Counted from the first letter of the stretch, positions 38,501-53,123 are shown. The stretch: DNA of 64,000 nt from Octopus bimaculoides (GCF_001194135.2 NC_069001.1:3431966-3495965); one strand, 5' to 3'. Made by a program: numbers and translations. Notes: generated from the letters alone by a model not told the origin.

Positions 38501-41500
38501 AACTAGAAGCCATACACCCATCCCTACCCACTCGCAATAACATAGTAAAATAGGTGTAAAACAGTTAGGAATAAAATATTCAACAGAATAAGAATCAGAC
38601 ACTAACAAAGTGACAAAGCTCTTTTGTTGGAAGTTGGACAGTAATGGGGGGGGGGGAGCATATGCATGAGTTTATATACAACCTCGTGTATGATTGCTTA
38701 TACGTGAGCTTCATGTGTTTGTATGTGTGGATGTTTTTGTGTGTTCATATTTGCATGTGTTTACATTCATATATGTATATATGCATGTATGTGTGTTCTG
38801 TCTCCACAAACATTTGTAAGTTCATATGTGTACTTTTTTATTTTTTAATCTAAAAAGAGAAATGAAGGAGAGAGGGGGGAGAGCAGGAAGAGTGGTGAGA
38901 GAGAGACAGCAGTACTCAAGCACATTGAGTTCTATGCGTGAATTCTGTATGTGTGTGAGTGTTTTCTTGAGGACTCTCATAGAATATGTCAAGAATATAT
39001 TTAAACAACAGATAATTCAAGAGAAAATGGGCTCAGATTACCAGCTCAGTGATTGGAAACAGGAACCTTGGAGTATTGGAAATTATGAACCATAAAGTTA
39101 TAATGTAGTTATAATGTATTAAGGAATTATCTACATTTATATATTTGTGTTCTGTAATTTTGGTGCATTTTGGTTAATCAACAGAAATTAATAAAAAGAT
39201 GTAGAAAGATATACTAAATACAATACAAAATTTATTGAAATTATTTTCACTTCAAGAGAAGGAAAACAATCACCTTGGTGGTTTGAAGAAAGGCAGCATC
39301 TGCGATAAATTCTGAATAAGAAAAGATAATCTCAAGGATTCAACATTTCTTTTGAATTGACATGCCATTAAGAAATAATGTGTGTNNNNNNNNNNGGGGG
39401 GAGTATAAGTATGTATGTATGTATACACAAATAGAGAATATTTGAAATGTTTTACATATCTTCCTCATTTCAATCATTGATTAGATGTATGGAATGTAAA
39501 GCTTACTCCATAAACTATGGAGTATGAATGCCTGGGACATGTACCAATAATTGAGGGTATTAGCAAGAACTTTTCTTCAGAGTGAATTGTGTAATATATT
39601 AGTGATTACGAGTATAAATGAAGGTCTATAATCATGAAATATTGACCAATAAACTGTTGAGTATAGCCATGAGAATGTGTGTGTGTGTGTTTATTAACTG
39701 AAGATTACTGTATCACACTAAAACTTGGGATTTTGCCACTCCATGGTACAATGAGTAATGTCACAAAGTAGTGAAACTGAGGTACAATTTGATACTCTAA
39801 TCTTTGTCTTATGATAAACAAAGACATACTGCATTCAGCAAATAAGCAATCGAGTCCTCTTTTGATCTGTGAATGCTTAAATTTGTGTCTATACATATAT
39901 ACACATATGAATGCATGCACAGACACACATACATATATGCATACACACATATTCTTATCACTTAATCAGAGGAGGAAGAGATGTGCCCTTGACATTTTTT
40001 AGGGCTTCCATGAAAGATAGGGAGAAGAAAGTTATCTTCAGACCAGAAACCTGGTCTCAATGCTTGCAGCAAAAAGGATTCGGTTAAAGAAACTCAAGGG
40101 CCATGGGCCATATGACAATGTTAAACCAGGCAACAGATTAATGTATGTGCCTTGTATGTGTGTGTACACTGAATAAGCTGTTAAAGATAAATCTTGAAAC
40201 CCTCCTAAATCAATATAATATATATCTACACACACTCACACACATACACACACATATATATATTTGTACTTGTCTGCACATTTACATATACAAAGAGCTT
40301 TGAACTTATCTTCATACATAAATTAAGCTTCAGAGAAATGTGCACAAAACATTATTCATGTGAACACTTGCAAACAGGCTTTCTTTATACAAAGGCCATG
40401 GGAGAAGGTAAGGTGATATGAGATATGGATAATCCAGTAGAAAGGGTGATGGGCTGCTGATGGCATATTGTTCAAACCTCGCTGTGACTATTTGTCTGTG
40501 CAAGACATATTGTAGTACTGGACTAAACTGACCTTGCTGAAAATAGACATTATTCTTGCTTCATATATGTGAAAACCTCACTCAGCTGTAGAAATAATTG
40601 CTGAAAGAACCTACATAACAGCAAAATTTGCACCACCATCCAACCAATTTTTAGCAAAGGAGAATATGGAATGCTATTAAAATATATTTGCATGTATGAG
40701 GGTATATATAGGCACACACACCTTATCTTTGAATGCCTTTAACAGAGTTTCATGCTTTTATAAGCATTTGAACTGGATCACTGGTTTTCTATCCAATGTG
40801 TTTTTGCTTGTGGCCTTCCCCTTGCACTTTGGATAGCTTATAACACACATATGCATGCGTGCGCGTGCACACACACACACGAGTACGAGTACATATATAT
40901 ATGTAGCTAAATAAACTTATGTGAAGAGAAAAACATGAAAGTTTCATGTGAGAACTGAATGTAAATCTTTCATTAGATAGCCAAATACATTAGTTTTGTT
41001 ATCTACAACCTCTTATAGTATCATTTTTTGTATATTCCTGTTCATTTGTGTATATTGTCATTAACAGTTATAGTATGTACAATAATTTTTTTCCCCATTG
41101 CAATTCTGACCCACTTGTCTCTCCACTTTTCATCACCTTTGATGTGTCCAATTCTCTAGGCATCACACTAACAACTCTTCTCAGTCTTCCCTCCCTAGAA
41201 CATCAACCTTCTGGAAACTCCTCCCTGCTCATGTCTTTTCTGTAGGTATATACTTTCAACAGTTTAACTAGAATAGTAAAGGCATCCGTCTCACTGGTCT
41301 TAGAAGGGGCCTGCAATGGTCATAATCACTGCCCCTTCTTCCACATCCAGCAAGTAAAAAAAGCCTATCAGATAGATTGTACTAGTAATTCAAAGGTGCA
41401 GCCTTGTCACAGATTGTGTCATGCTGAGAATTACATGTATCTGAGGAGTGCTCTGCCACTTATACTCTAATTCAACAAGATAGTAATTCAATTGACTTTA

Positions 41501-43282
41501 TCACACACTCTTAAAAAGGACTGCAATAACTTCCACCATAGATCTGCTTGACAGGACTGACCTGTGGCTAAACAACAACAACATTAACATCTCCAACTTT
41601 AATCCATTTTTGTCATTACAACTAAATCCATCCTGAAGTACTACCTTCTCTAACTATGAAGAATATTTTAACAAAGGCACTGCAGATATTTGTTTTGTTT
41701 TGCTTGTTTGTTTTTTTTCTTTGCTGTACACTATTCATTTTTAATTTCTTTTTCAAGAAGTAAACAGCATAATCATTCTACTGAAACTTTCAACTAATTT
41801 TTCATGCAATGCTTCTATTTCTCTGGCAAAGATCTATCATAAACATTTCTTTATCCTCCCACCCACTATTGCTAAATACAAATTTAATCCCAGACAATAT
41901 GCAGATTACTACAAGTTTTAAGTGAGATTTGTTGGGGAAAGCTGGTCAATTATTTTACATATATTCTCAGGAAAGTAAAAGTTATTACCCTTGGCTCCTC
42001 AAACATAGATTCATATGTAATGCACACAAACACAACTATAATCAACCACATTCACAACACACAAAGTATGTAACACATGAAGTCCATAACACATCTCTCA
42101 AACACACAATATGTAACCCTGATACACTCAAATACATACAAAGTCTAAAATACACAGAATCTATTATACATACATACACAAACACATTCAATTAAAAAGT
42201 CAGAAGCAATTTCTATCAGGTGTTTTTATCTCAATAGGAATAGAAAAAAGTCAAATTTAACAAAGGACAAGAAAGACTTTAATGTATATCTTTATCCCAG
42301 TTAGAACAGATCCTTTCACCTCCACATTACTATTAAGACTTCAGTGATTGCTACACTCTAAATTTCACACAAGTAATGCATGGTTCTCTCTACTGACAAA
42401 TTATGTGTGTGTCCGCATCAAAATGAGTTAACTACACAAATAGCATCACGGTTTTTGTAGTAGTCAGTTCATACAACAACTTATTTTAATATTCAGAATC
42501 AATAACCATAAAATCCACTGTTCCAACCAACGTTTCACAGAAATATTCTCACATAAAGTATGATAATCTTTTAGTTGAAATCCATTGCATTAAATACAAG
42601 ACATTGTCACTGAAATTCCAAATGTTATTTCCATCCTAATACAAGAGCTCCTCACTATTCTTAGCTTTTTTTATGTCTGTCTTCCTATGCTGGCTGATAT
42701 AGGTTAGATAAATCTGTATTACAGTATCTTTCCAGTATTTTTTAATCTTGTGTGTGTGTTGGGGGGGGGGGGGCATTAAACTTTTTCATCGATATATCAT
42801 CTGGAAACAGCTTTTGCAGCATGAAACTTGAAGTAATAGTACAGTGGTTAACCACAAAGACATAATAGTGTAGTACTTGTACAAAAGTAACATGGTTTAT
42901 TTATTTCTCTGTCTCTCCTGACTCCACATATCTATTTATCTGTCAAATCTCTCTCTCTCTTTATAATATTTTCTCGTCTTTACCACTCACAGCATAGACA
43001 TGCTTTCTCCCACCATACTAAATGTTTTATTATATCATTTCTCTAATCCCCACTTTTCTGTTGTTGAACTTCCTTTCCCCAGCCCTTCTCTCTTAATTGT
43101 AGCATACTCTTTACATTTCAGTGTCAGCTCACTTGAGTACCTGTCTCACTTTCCAGTTGATTGCTAGCATATTTTATCATTTTATCTAAAAATGTCCAAG
43201 ATATTACAAATGTCATAATAATTATAATTCTTGTATAATTTTATTCGCATTTTGGATGTATTATAGGAATGTAAATAAAACT

Positions 43283-43420
43283 TTATTTCATCAACCCTGG
43301 GTGAAAGGATGAAAGACAAAGTTGACCTCAGTAGTATTTGAACTCAGAACATAAAATACCAAAACTAAATACTGCAAGGCATTTTGTCCAATATTCTAAT
43401 GAATCTACCTATCTACTACC
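43283..43420 (-). mobile_element. SINE family C copy
   Basis: gaaaggatgaaagacaaagttgacctcagtagtatttgaactcagaac. Confidence 0.6.
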
Positions 43421-44706
43421 CATAAATGGAGACAAATGCTTTAGTCTAATATTTAAGTACCTTGAAATGACAACACTTTTGTTTCATAGCACAACAGGCA
43501 AGTGGTTAAATCAGTAGACTAGTAGTTAGTAGCATCAAGTTTAAACCCTGGCATAGCTCAAGAATAATCCCCTGGAGACAACTGGTGATAATACTAATCA
43601 AAACATTGCTACAAAATATGATAAACGTCTATATTTACAAATTTAAATACCAAAGACAATGGAAATAGGACTATATTGACACAATCCTGAGAAATGGTGA
43701 CTCAGGAAGGTAGACTCAGCAACGAATAAATAACATTATTTAGACAATCCTCCAAAAAAGTTCAATAAAATTGGGGAAATTTATTAATACTTTTCCAAAG
43801 AATTCTCAGAAACATATTTTTTCATTACTAGGTAAAATTGTTCTATAAGCAGACTTCTGATAACAACCAGAACATAGGTGTTGTCACTACACAGTTGTTG
43901 ACAGCAAGAGTTCCATAAAATGTCAGAGATTACTTTTGATACATGTCAGTAAAAATAAGATTCAGTAGTCAAAGATTTAGGTATGAAACTCAATCTCTAT
44001 GTCTGTCTACTGCACCTTGTCTTAATCTGCCATTCTGGCTTTCTTGGATTTTTAGCATTGAAATTGCTTTGTGGAAATCTTATTGTTATAATTATAGGAT
44101 TTCATTTCTAGAGACTCTATAGAACAGTTCTCTTAAATAAACAGACAATCATTAGAACAACATCCAAATGACAGATCAACGTCCATAAAAGTGATTCATT
44201 ATTCAAACATTATACAAATGGACTTCAATGGTGACAAATCTTTCACACAGCCAAAGAAATGATGCAGAGAATTTGCTTGGAATCAATAACATTAGCAAGC
44301 AGACAGCACTAGCTAGAATTCCAGCAGGCAAGAGTTCTAAAAGGGAAAAGTTCTTCTCAGGTCTTTTACTCACTCTCATGCTTCAGGCTTTTATCATAAT
44401 TTGATCATCTCATGGTTTTGTCATTTATCCACATATTCTAAATCAATCACAGTTAAGTTATTGGCAATAGAAAAAGAAAAAAAAAACCTAATACACTATT
44501 TAGCAGAACATCTCCCCTTGTTTGGAGCTGGAAATAATAACTTAATGAAAGATTCAGATTTCAGTGGAATATTTCTCATCTTGTATGTAATTACCATTGT
44601 GTGTATGTGTGTGTGTGTGTATTTTTTATAGAGCAAATTAATTTTAGGGTCCTCTTGATTAAGGTTTCTATTTGAAGTAAATAATTTAAATAAACATTGG
44701 ATAATG

Positions 44707-44799
<93 letters not shown>

Positions 44800-44960
44800 C
44801 TTTCATTATACACATAGATGTATATATATATACGAAACTTATACACATACAACAGCTTGTAGATTTAAGGAAGATTATCTTTTTTGTAATGGATTATTGA
44901 TTGAAGATACTGATTTCAAATAAAAGGTAGTGGTGGTGGTGGTGGTGGTAGCAGCAGCAA

Positions 44961-44992
<32 letters not shown>

Positions 44993-45347
44993 ACAATAAC
45001 AAAACAAAAAAATCTAATAAGTAAATGTTAATATAATCTTGAAGGAAGGTCATCAGAGAAATTACAAAGCAGAGATTGCTGTAAATCCATGTTTACTGCA
45101 GATGTTCTCTGGCATAACACGAAATTTGTGTGTATGTTTGCATGTGTGCATATATGTGTATAACAGTAACATTGATGATGCATTATTAACATTTTTTCAC
45201 TCTATTCATTGTTCACAGTCAGCAGATTTTTAGACAAATATCAATTTGTTCTACTAATCATTGCTCTTTGTTATCCATAAATTCATACACACGCACAAAC
45301 ACATGCCACCAGCAAAACAGTTTATATACACACAAACACACATATCT

Positions 45348-45680
45348 TTTATCTTTTACTAGTTTCACTCACTGACTGTGGCTATGCTGGGGCACTGCCT
45401 CAAAGAATTTTTTGTCAAATGAATCAACCCAAGTATTTATCTTTTTTTTTTTTAAACCTGGTACTTATTCAATCGGTTGCTTTTGCGAACTACCAAATTA
45501 CAGGGACAGTAACACACCCAAAATTGGTTGTCAAGTGGAGGTGGGAGATAAACATAGACACAAAGACAAACAAACACACACACACACACACACACAACAA
45601 ACTTCTCACAGCTTCCATCTATCAAATCTACTCATACGGTTTTGGTCAGCCTAAGGCTATAATAGAAAACATGTGCCTAA
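45348..45680 (-). mobile_element. SINE family A (tail, (CA)n and part of the body)
   Basis: The reverse complement aligns with 26560-26998. Confidence 0.65.
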
Positions 45681-45992
45681 TATACACACACACACACACA
45701 CACATACACAGAATTGGTTCATAAACAAAATCTTCTCATTAGTCAACAGTACTAATCTCTACATACTTCTAACACAAATACGTGTTGCGCATTTTGCATT
45801 TTTGCACAAAAACCACAAACTGTGTGTGTGTGTGTGTAGCGAAATGTTTATCAAAAAGGTTGATGGACTGCTTGGCTCCAAACAGTGTCTATGCTTACTA
45901 CAAAAGTCATAAAAGGAAAACATGCATGTTTTGTCATAAATGTGAAAAACAAGAAAAAACATGAGTGTGTGTGTATCTATCTATCTATCGAT

Positions 45993-46025
<33 letters not shown>

Positions 46026-47664
46026 ATTATATATATATATGCATATATACACACACACTCATACAAAACAAAACAATGAAGTATTTGAATTTAGAAAATT
46101 GCTTTTTTTTTCACTTTTTCACCACATCAAAATGAAAATTGATTCTCATCCTAAGAATTAATAGAGTAAATAATGTTTGATTGTAAGGCAATGAGGGGGA
46201 ACAGATTTCCGGAGCAATCATTGGCATAATAGATAAGAATTGTTCTTGTTCCATGGTCAAACATTTCTCCTCCATACAAATATTCAAGCTATCTAATCAG
46301 AGAACTTTTATATAGTCATCCAACCTATGTCAAAACATCAGATAAAAACCTTCCTCAAATCACATCCTACTCTCTTAAGATAAAATTAAAACACATTGGG
46401 TAATGTACTGCCAAATATATGTTATCTGAAAAAATAAAAGGATGGTATGCACATGATTAGAACACTTTTAGTCCTAGATGCTTTATGACTGAATGCCCTG
46501 CCAAACACCAACCACCTTACAAAGTGGACTGAGTGCTTTTTACATGGCACCATAACTTGTACTTTATTTTATNNNNNNNNNNNNNNNNNNNNNNNNNNNN
46601 NNNNNNNNNNNNNNNNNNNNNNNNNNNNNAAGTTGGTTTCAGCAAGAATTGAACCCAGAATGTAGAGAGTCATAACAAATGCTGTAAGGCATTTTGTTTG
46701 ATGCTCTAGCAATTCTGCCAATCTGCTGCCCTCATGGGACTAAATAATAACAACGAAGAACACATTGTATAATGAAGTGCTACATACACTAGATCTTTAG
46801 ATAAAGGATAAGACATTCAGAGCTGAAACACCTTTGAATATAGGTATCTTGGATCAGGGCTGAACTGAGACTCTACAACAAAACACAAGCACACATACAT
46901 ACAAGTGCACATACACACATATACACATACACACACCATTTTGTCTATACAGTGTGAGTAGCATTGACATCCATAATCAAAGCTGGCCATTTTTAGCACC
47001 GAGTTATTGATCTACATGGCAAAATATTGATTGACATCACAAAAATAGCTGACGTCTCTAATAAGAAATGCATGATGTTTCCAATGAATGTGAAGATACT
47101 TGAAGACAACAATGAATTTCCTCTGTGTTTTGCCTATGAACCACGTCTTCCATGTGTCTGTATAGAGGGGAGGTTGTGTGTGTGTGTGTGTGGGGGGGTG
47201 ACATGCATGTACGTGCACATGTGTGTGTGTGTGTGTGTGTGTGCTTTGGTGATGTAGAAGAACAAGGTTTTTACCTTCAGCTAACAAAGGTTTACTGGGA
47301 TGATGATGATGATGACGACAGTACTAATAATGATTATGGCAATGGTAATGATAATGATGTTAGTGGTGGTGGTGGTGGTAATGACTGTTAAGGATAACTG
47401 TTGTGATGATGATGATATCTTTAGTGGCAATGGTTGCAGTCATGATGGTAATGGGATGACGGATCTAGTATTGATGATGATGAAGATGATGATGATGATG
47501 ATGATGATGATTCTTAATGAGTACACAATGTTAATCTTTCATGAGGAAACAAAAAAAAAGAACAGCATGTAATTCTATTACACATTAAGAGTGAGGATGA
47601 GAGGGAGAAGAAATGAGATAGTAGAGAGAGTAAGGGAGAAAAACAAAATTTTTTAAAGTATGTC

Positions 47665-47702
<38 letters not shown>

Positions 47703-47756
47703 GAAAAAGAGTGTGTGTAAATATATATATATATATATGAAGAATCAGGCAGACAT

Positions 47757-47794
<38 letters not shown>

Positions 47795-48828
47795 TCATAT
47801 AGATATATAAATAGAGGGTAAGAGAGAGAGAGAGAAGTTAAAGAATGAGAGAGATGCAAGAGTTATTAGAACTCCTCAGATGAATGAGTGATGGCTCAGT
47901 ATTAAAACAGTTTGTTTCCACTAATAGGTTTCAGTTTATAGAAATAACTGAGAACAATTCTATTACAACTTCCGGTGACATTCAGATTGTACAGATCTCC
48001 CCCCACTCCTCATCATAACCAGGACATTAAAAAAAGAAAATGATGAGGGAAGCTTTAATCAATGCTGGTTTTATGTTTATGATCACTGAAGACTTATCAA
48101 AAGATATGAGAAAATGAAAACTAAAATCTGAGGAAATTAGTGACAGTCTGGTGGGGATCTGGCAAAAGAAAAAAATAAAGAAATAAAAAAAGTTATAAAA
48201 AAAAAACTAAAATTTTACAAATTTTATAAAGACGTAAACTTAAAACAGTTTCTCGACCCAGATTCTTGACAACAACCACAAATAGTGGTGATCAAATTTC
48301 AAAGATTAGCTTAAACATGGAGAATAAGAAACAAGAAGCCACATCTTTACAGAAAAATCATTTAAAGAAAAAAATTTTGTTTGCTTGTTATTGCCCCCAC
48401 CCCCACCCCCACCNNNNNNNNNNNNNNNNNNNNNNNNNNNNNNNNNNNNNNNNNNNNNNNNNNNNNNNNNNNNNNNNNNNNNNNNNNNNNNNNNNNNNNN
48501 NNNNNNNNNNNNNNNNNNNNNNNNNNNNNNNNNNNNNNNNNNNNNCAATAGTCACAACCGAAATTAAAATAAAAATTCTATATTTTTCCAACAGTGTTAA
48601 ATGAGGTCCTGAAGATGTATTGATGTCATGCAGACTAGTTCAATGGATTAAATTGTAGATAAAAGATCAACCTGAAGAGAACACCATATTATAGATTGAG
48701 AGTGACCAAATAGATGTGAGTTAGCCAGAAGCAACTTTTGACAATTAGTGTACAGATTACAGAATTACTTCATTGGTGAAACTTCTTTTTCTATCACTGC
48801 AAACATATGAACAAATAGAATATATATT

Positions 48829-48859
<31 letters not shown>

Positions 48860-49482
48860 GGTGGAGATGCAGCTAAGTGAAGAATTTTACTTCACAATCA
48901 CACAGTTCAGGGTTCAGTTCTATTGTGTGACACCTTGAGTTGGCCAATATCTTGAATTTGGCATACATAAACTGTTCATTGCATAAGAAAGGTAAAGAGG
49001 ATTCTTTAATGTTGCCAAAGACAGCATTTCTAGAGCCAGTGGCATGATGAAACATACCCAATCTATGCTGTGAAATAGTTGGTGATACAAAAATCTATGC
49101 CACAAAAAAACACAACATATCAAATAGAGTTAGCTAGCTTTCTGTTGCTGTGTCACTGATGAGAAAGAACAGCATCAGTGTGGAAATATTGTGGGATCCA
49201 TCATAGATAAGTAGAGAAAAATGATGATCGTGATCACAATGATATGTACATGGGTGTGAGTGTGCCTGTATTTATGTTTATTGATATAAGTAGATGTGTC
49301 AAGTTGCATTCCTTTATGTTAAATGGTCAGCTAATCATCCAATAAATGAAGAATACTAAAAAGTCATAAACCTGAACATTTAATGCCCTCAGTTATTGCT
49401 TCCACTCAATAGGTCTATGACACTCTTCAATATTAAAACTTCAATTATAAGAGGAAAATTATGCCCCATTACATATTACACC

Positions 49483-50182
49483 AATAATAATAATGATAAT
49501 AATAATAACTTCTAACTAAGGCACAAGGCCAGCAATTTGTGGAGGGAGATGGGTAGCTAATTAAATCAACCATCCCTATACTTAACTTATACTTAATGAA
49601 CCTTGGAGAGATGAAAGGCAAAGTTGACTTTGGTGGAATTTGAACTCAGAAATATAAAGGGCTCTAGCTAAATACCACAAGGCATTTCATTCAATGCTCT
49701 AACTATTCTGCCAATGCAAATGATAAATAACAATGATTCCTAATTTAGGCACAAGGCTAGCAATTTCGAGAGGAGGGAAATAGTCAGTAACTATTAACCC
49801 CACTACTTGACTGGTACTTTATTTTATTGATTCCAAAAAGATGAGAGGCAAAGTTAACCTTGGCAGGATTTGAAGTCAGAAAGTAAAAAGCCAGAGCAAA
49901 TAACAACATTTTATCTGATATGCTATTGATTCTGCTAACTGAAATAATAATAATAATAATACTTTCTGGTAACTTTTGGTAAAGAGGGGTTTGGTCAATT
50001 ACATCGACCCCAGTGCTCAACTAGTACTTATTTTATCAACCTTGAAAGGATGAAAGGTGAAGTCAATCAATGCAGAATTTGAACTCAAAACATAAAGGCG
50101 GAAAAAATGTCACTAAGTATTTTGTCCAATGCAATAACAATTCTGCCAGGTCACCACCTTCATAACAATAATAATTATAGTA

Positions 50183-50235
<53 letters not shown>
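49483..50235 (-). mobile_element. Three head-to-tail copies of SINE family C separated by (AAT)n-like tracts
   Basis: Copies at about 49509-49716, 49737-49940 and 49962-50160, each containing ggatgaaaggcaaagttgac...ggaatttgaactcagaa-like sequence. Confidence 0.75.
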
Positions 50236-50236
<1 letters not shown>

Positions 50237-50958
50237 TTTTTTTAAATAGGTATATTTATTGCTTGAATTTATCAATCAGCTTTGAGAAGAGAGGGAACCT
50301 CAATGTTGGAATAAAATGCAAGAGAGTCATGGTTGAAAATACTTCTGATCATAAATTTGCTGGATCAAAGCTGATCAAGGACTGAACAACAATATCTAGT
50401 ATGGTGATTCTATTGTCCAGTGAAAGAAGCTCAAAATATTTACATTTTCTTAACTGATATATAGACAGGTGTTGTGGATGGAGAGAGGGGAAGAAGTGAT
50501 CAAGTAGGAACATATCAATTAGACAGGAATGTAGTAGAGAATTAAGTGATACTTCATCGTACTAATTCACATGTACACATAACACGTTAACACACTGAAA
50601 TAAGAACGGTGAGAATCAATATTCATTGGCAGCAGATCCAAACAGCAACAGCAGCAACAACATTAACAACAACAGCAACAGCAGCAGTAGCAGCAACAAA
50701 AAGAAAAAAAACCAAAAAAATATATCAAAAATATTGTGAAACAAAAGACGAGAGAGAAACTGGTGGGGAGGGAAAAGAGAGAAAAATACTGTGACAAACA
50801 ACTAAGGTTGTGCATTAAATATAGGTCAGAAAAAGATGCAGAGGTTGGGGAAATACAAGGAATGTTCGGCAATGCCAAGACCAAGAGAAAGATTTATTAG
50901 AGTAAAAAAGAGTAAAAAGAGAGAAAATTAAAAGGTCCATTTAGCTTGTTACACTTAC

Positions 50959-51057
50959 CTGTCCTCTTTGTTTGCCTTTGAGTAATATGCTCGCATACGG
51001 ATTGCTGAGTAGAACGAAAATGATTCATTTAGGTAGTTTGTTTCACTAGTTCGTAAA
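50959..51057 (-). CDS. SCAI: SCAI internal exon (99 nt, phase 2 to 2): (Y)LRTSETNYLNESFSFYSAIRMRAYYSKANKED(R)
   Basis: Acceptor tttttcag (AG at 51059-51058) and donor gtaagt (50958-50953). The peptide closely matches recalled vertebrate SCAI YLRTSETSYLNEAFSFYSAIRQRSYYSQVNKEDR. It ends AG|, which the next exon completes with G. Confidence 0.95.
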
Positions 51058-51249
51058 CTGAAAAAGAACAATAAATAAATTAAACAAAATTGAAATTTAG
51101 ATTTTAGGAGAAAAAAAAACCCAAAGAAAATAACAAGCAAATAAGGTTTCAGTCAATGTAAATCATCACATCCACTGCACAGGTATTTCATTGCACACAT
51201 AATAACAAATAATGTTTGACTCAGCATTATTAACCGAGTAAATAAAAGT

Positions 51250-51613
51250 AAATGTTCTCAACATATGTGGTGAGTGCATGGTTGGATGATCAGTGTTTTC
51301 TACATATGTGGTCAATGTCTGGCTGAATGGTCACTGTTTTCTATATATGTAGTCAGTGCCAGGCTAAATGGTCAACTTTTTCGACATATGTGGTCTTTGA
51401 TTAGTTAGTTGAATAGTCAATGTTCTTTACCTGTGTGGTCAGTGCCTGCATGAATGGTAATTCAGTTTTGCACAAGTGGTCACTGCATGGCTGACTGGTC
51501 AATACATGGTTGAATGGTCAATGTTTTCTATATATGTAGTCAATACATGACTGAATGGTTAATGTTCTTCCCATAGATGATCAATGAATAGTCAGTACTG
51601 AGTTGAGTGGTCA
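51250..51613. repeat. Degenerate minisatellite, ~41 bp unit, about 8 copies
   Basis: Units like acatatgtggtcaatgtctggctgaatggtcactgttttct start at 51261, 51302, 51343 and 51384, then decay. Confidence 0.8.
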
Positions 51614-52062
51614 AGGAGTGCAGGCATGACTGTAGCAAAGATGTTTTGTCTGCAAGAATGCAGTTTCAGGTTTGATCTGATTGCATAGCACCTTAATTAA
51701 GCGGCTTCTACAAAAGTCTTGGATTGTCTCTTGGATTACCACGTGAGTGGAATTTGGTTAATGGAAATTGTTCCTGTTCATCAGAGGACCTGTTCCTGTC
51801 TTTGATGGTAGAATTAAAAAGTTGCCTAGTTTAACACCACACCTGGTCATTGGGTGCCTTTAGCAGAGCCAACACTGTAGCAAGCATTTGAACCAGATTA
51901 TAGGTTGAGGGTAATTTCCTACCATTAATGCTTTCAACACAGTGGATTCCAGTAAAGGCACCAAAGAATCATGTAGTGATGTTAAACCAGGTGATGGAAC
52001 TTCCAAATTAAACTTAAAAGACTTTGGTTGATTTAAGGCTTGGCACTCTGTCAATTATGATG

Positions 52063-52360
52063 TTGAGGGTTCCAGTTGATCTCAAAGAAACAACCAACAC
52101 ATGAAATTAATGTGTAAGTAGTTGAGTACTCCACTGACACACATACCCTTAACATAGTTCTCATGGAGATTCAATGTGACACAGAATGTGACAAGGCTCG
52201 CCATTTGAATTAAAGGTACAACTGATTTTTGCCAGCTGAGTGGACGGGAGCAACATAATATAAAATACCTTGCTCAAGGACACAATGTACTGCCAGAAAT
52301 CAAACTCATGATCTTGCAACCATGAGCTGAATACCCTAACCACTAAGCCACACGCCTTCA
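52063..52360 (-). mobile_element. tRNA-derived SINE, family B, near full length
   Basis: The reverse complement begins gtgaaggcgtgtggcttagtggttagggtattcagctc (A box)...gagtttgatttc (B-box-like), followed by tgtccttgagcaagg and ccactcagctggcaaaaat. Confidence 0.7.
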
Positions 52361-53029
52361 CTTGATTTAAGGCCATGCAGAAGGATCAAACCTGAATTCA
52401 TATAGATGCTAAAAGAACTTCTTCACCATGCAGTCATCTCAGCACCAAATGATTCAGTCAACCTAAACTATAGTATATAATCAGATATTTTACACTATTT
52501 TACAATGATGCCTTAGAACTGTCATAAGCATCCTTTTTCAAAAAGCAGACTGCATGAGATATGGTTCATCATCAGGCAAGCTGCACTACTAAAAAAAAAT
52601 TGAAGGCAATTTTTCATTAGGCATGCCACAAGCTGCAGTTTGTCCATGGCTGCCTTAGAAGATACATTTACAACTGGAACTGAATCTAATGATTTGGTGA
52701 AACAACAGATATTTCTCACTGACAAAGAAAAAGGAGAACCTGTTTTTAACAATTCAAGCACCAACTGCAATTTGAACCCTCAAGGTGATGATGAAAGCAT
52801 GGAGGAAATTAAAGAATTTGTCTGTCAGATTTGTGATCAAAGGAACACCAAGAGCCCATCTTCAGCAATGTACTTATAATGCCTGGGTCAGAGCGCTCTT
52901 CATACACAAAGCTAAAATAGATCCATGGAAAGAAGCTAGGCTGGTTCCATCAGAAAGTAAAGCAGGTCTCAAATATGTACAGATTTATTGTTACCATTAT
53001 TATTATTATTATTATCATTAGCAGCAGCA

Positions 53030-53057
53030 GCAGCAGCAGCAGCAGTAGCAGTAGTAA

Positions 53058-53123
<66 letters not shown>
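53030..53123. repeat. (CAG)n/(TAG)n compound microsatellite
   Basis: Seen directly; it accounts for the spurious poly-A/V/T ORFs here. Confidence 0.95.

Noticed and set aside
39480-39810. Possible CR1-type reverse transcriptase remnant (KT.DFATPW resembling PKLEFATPAW)
   Set aside because: A single short motif, too degraded to support a call.
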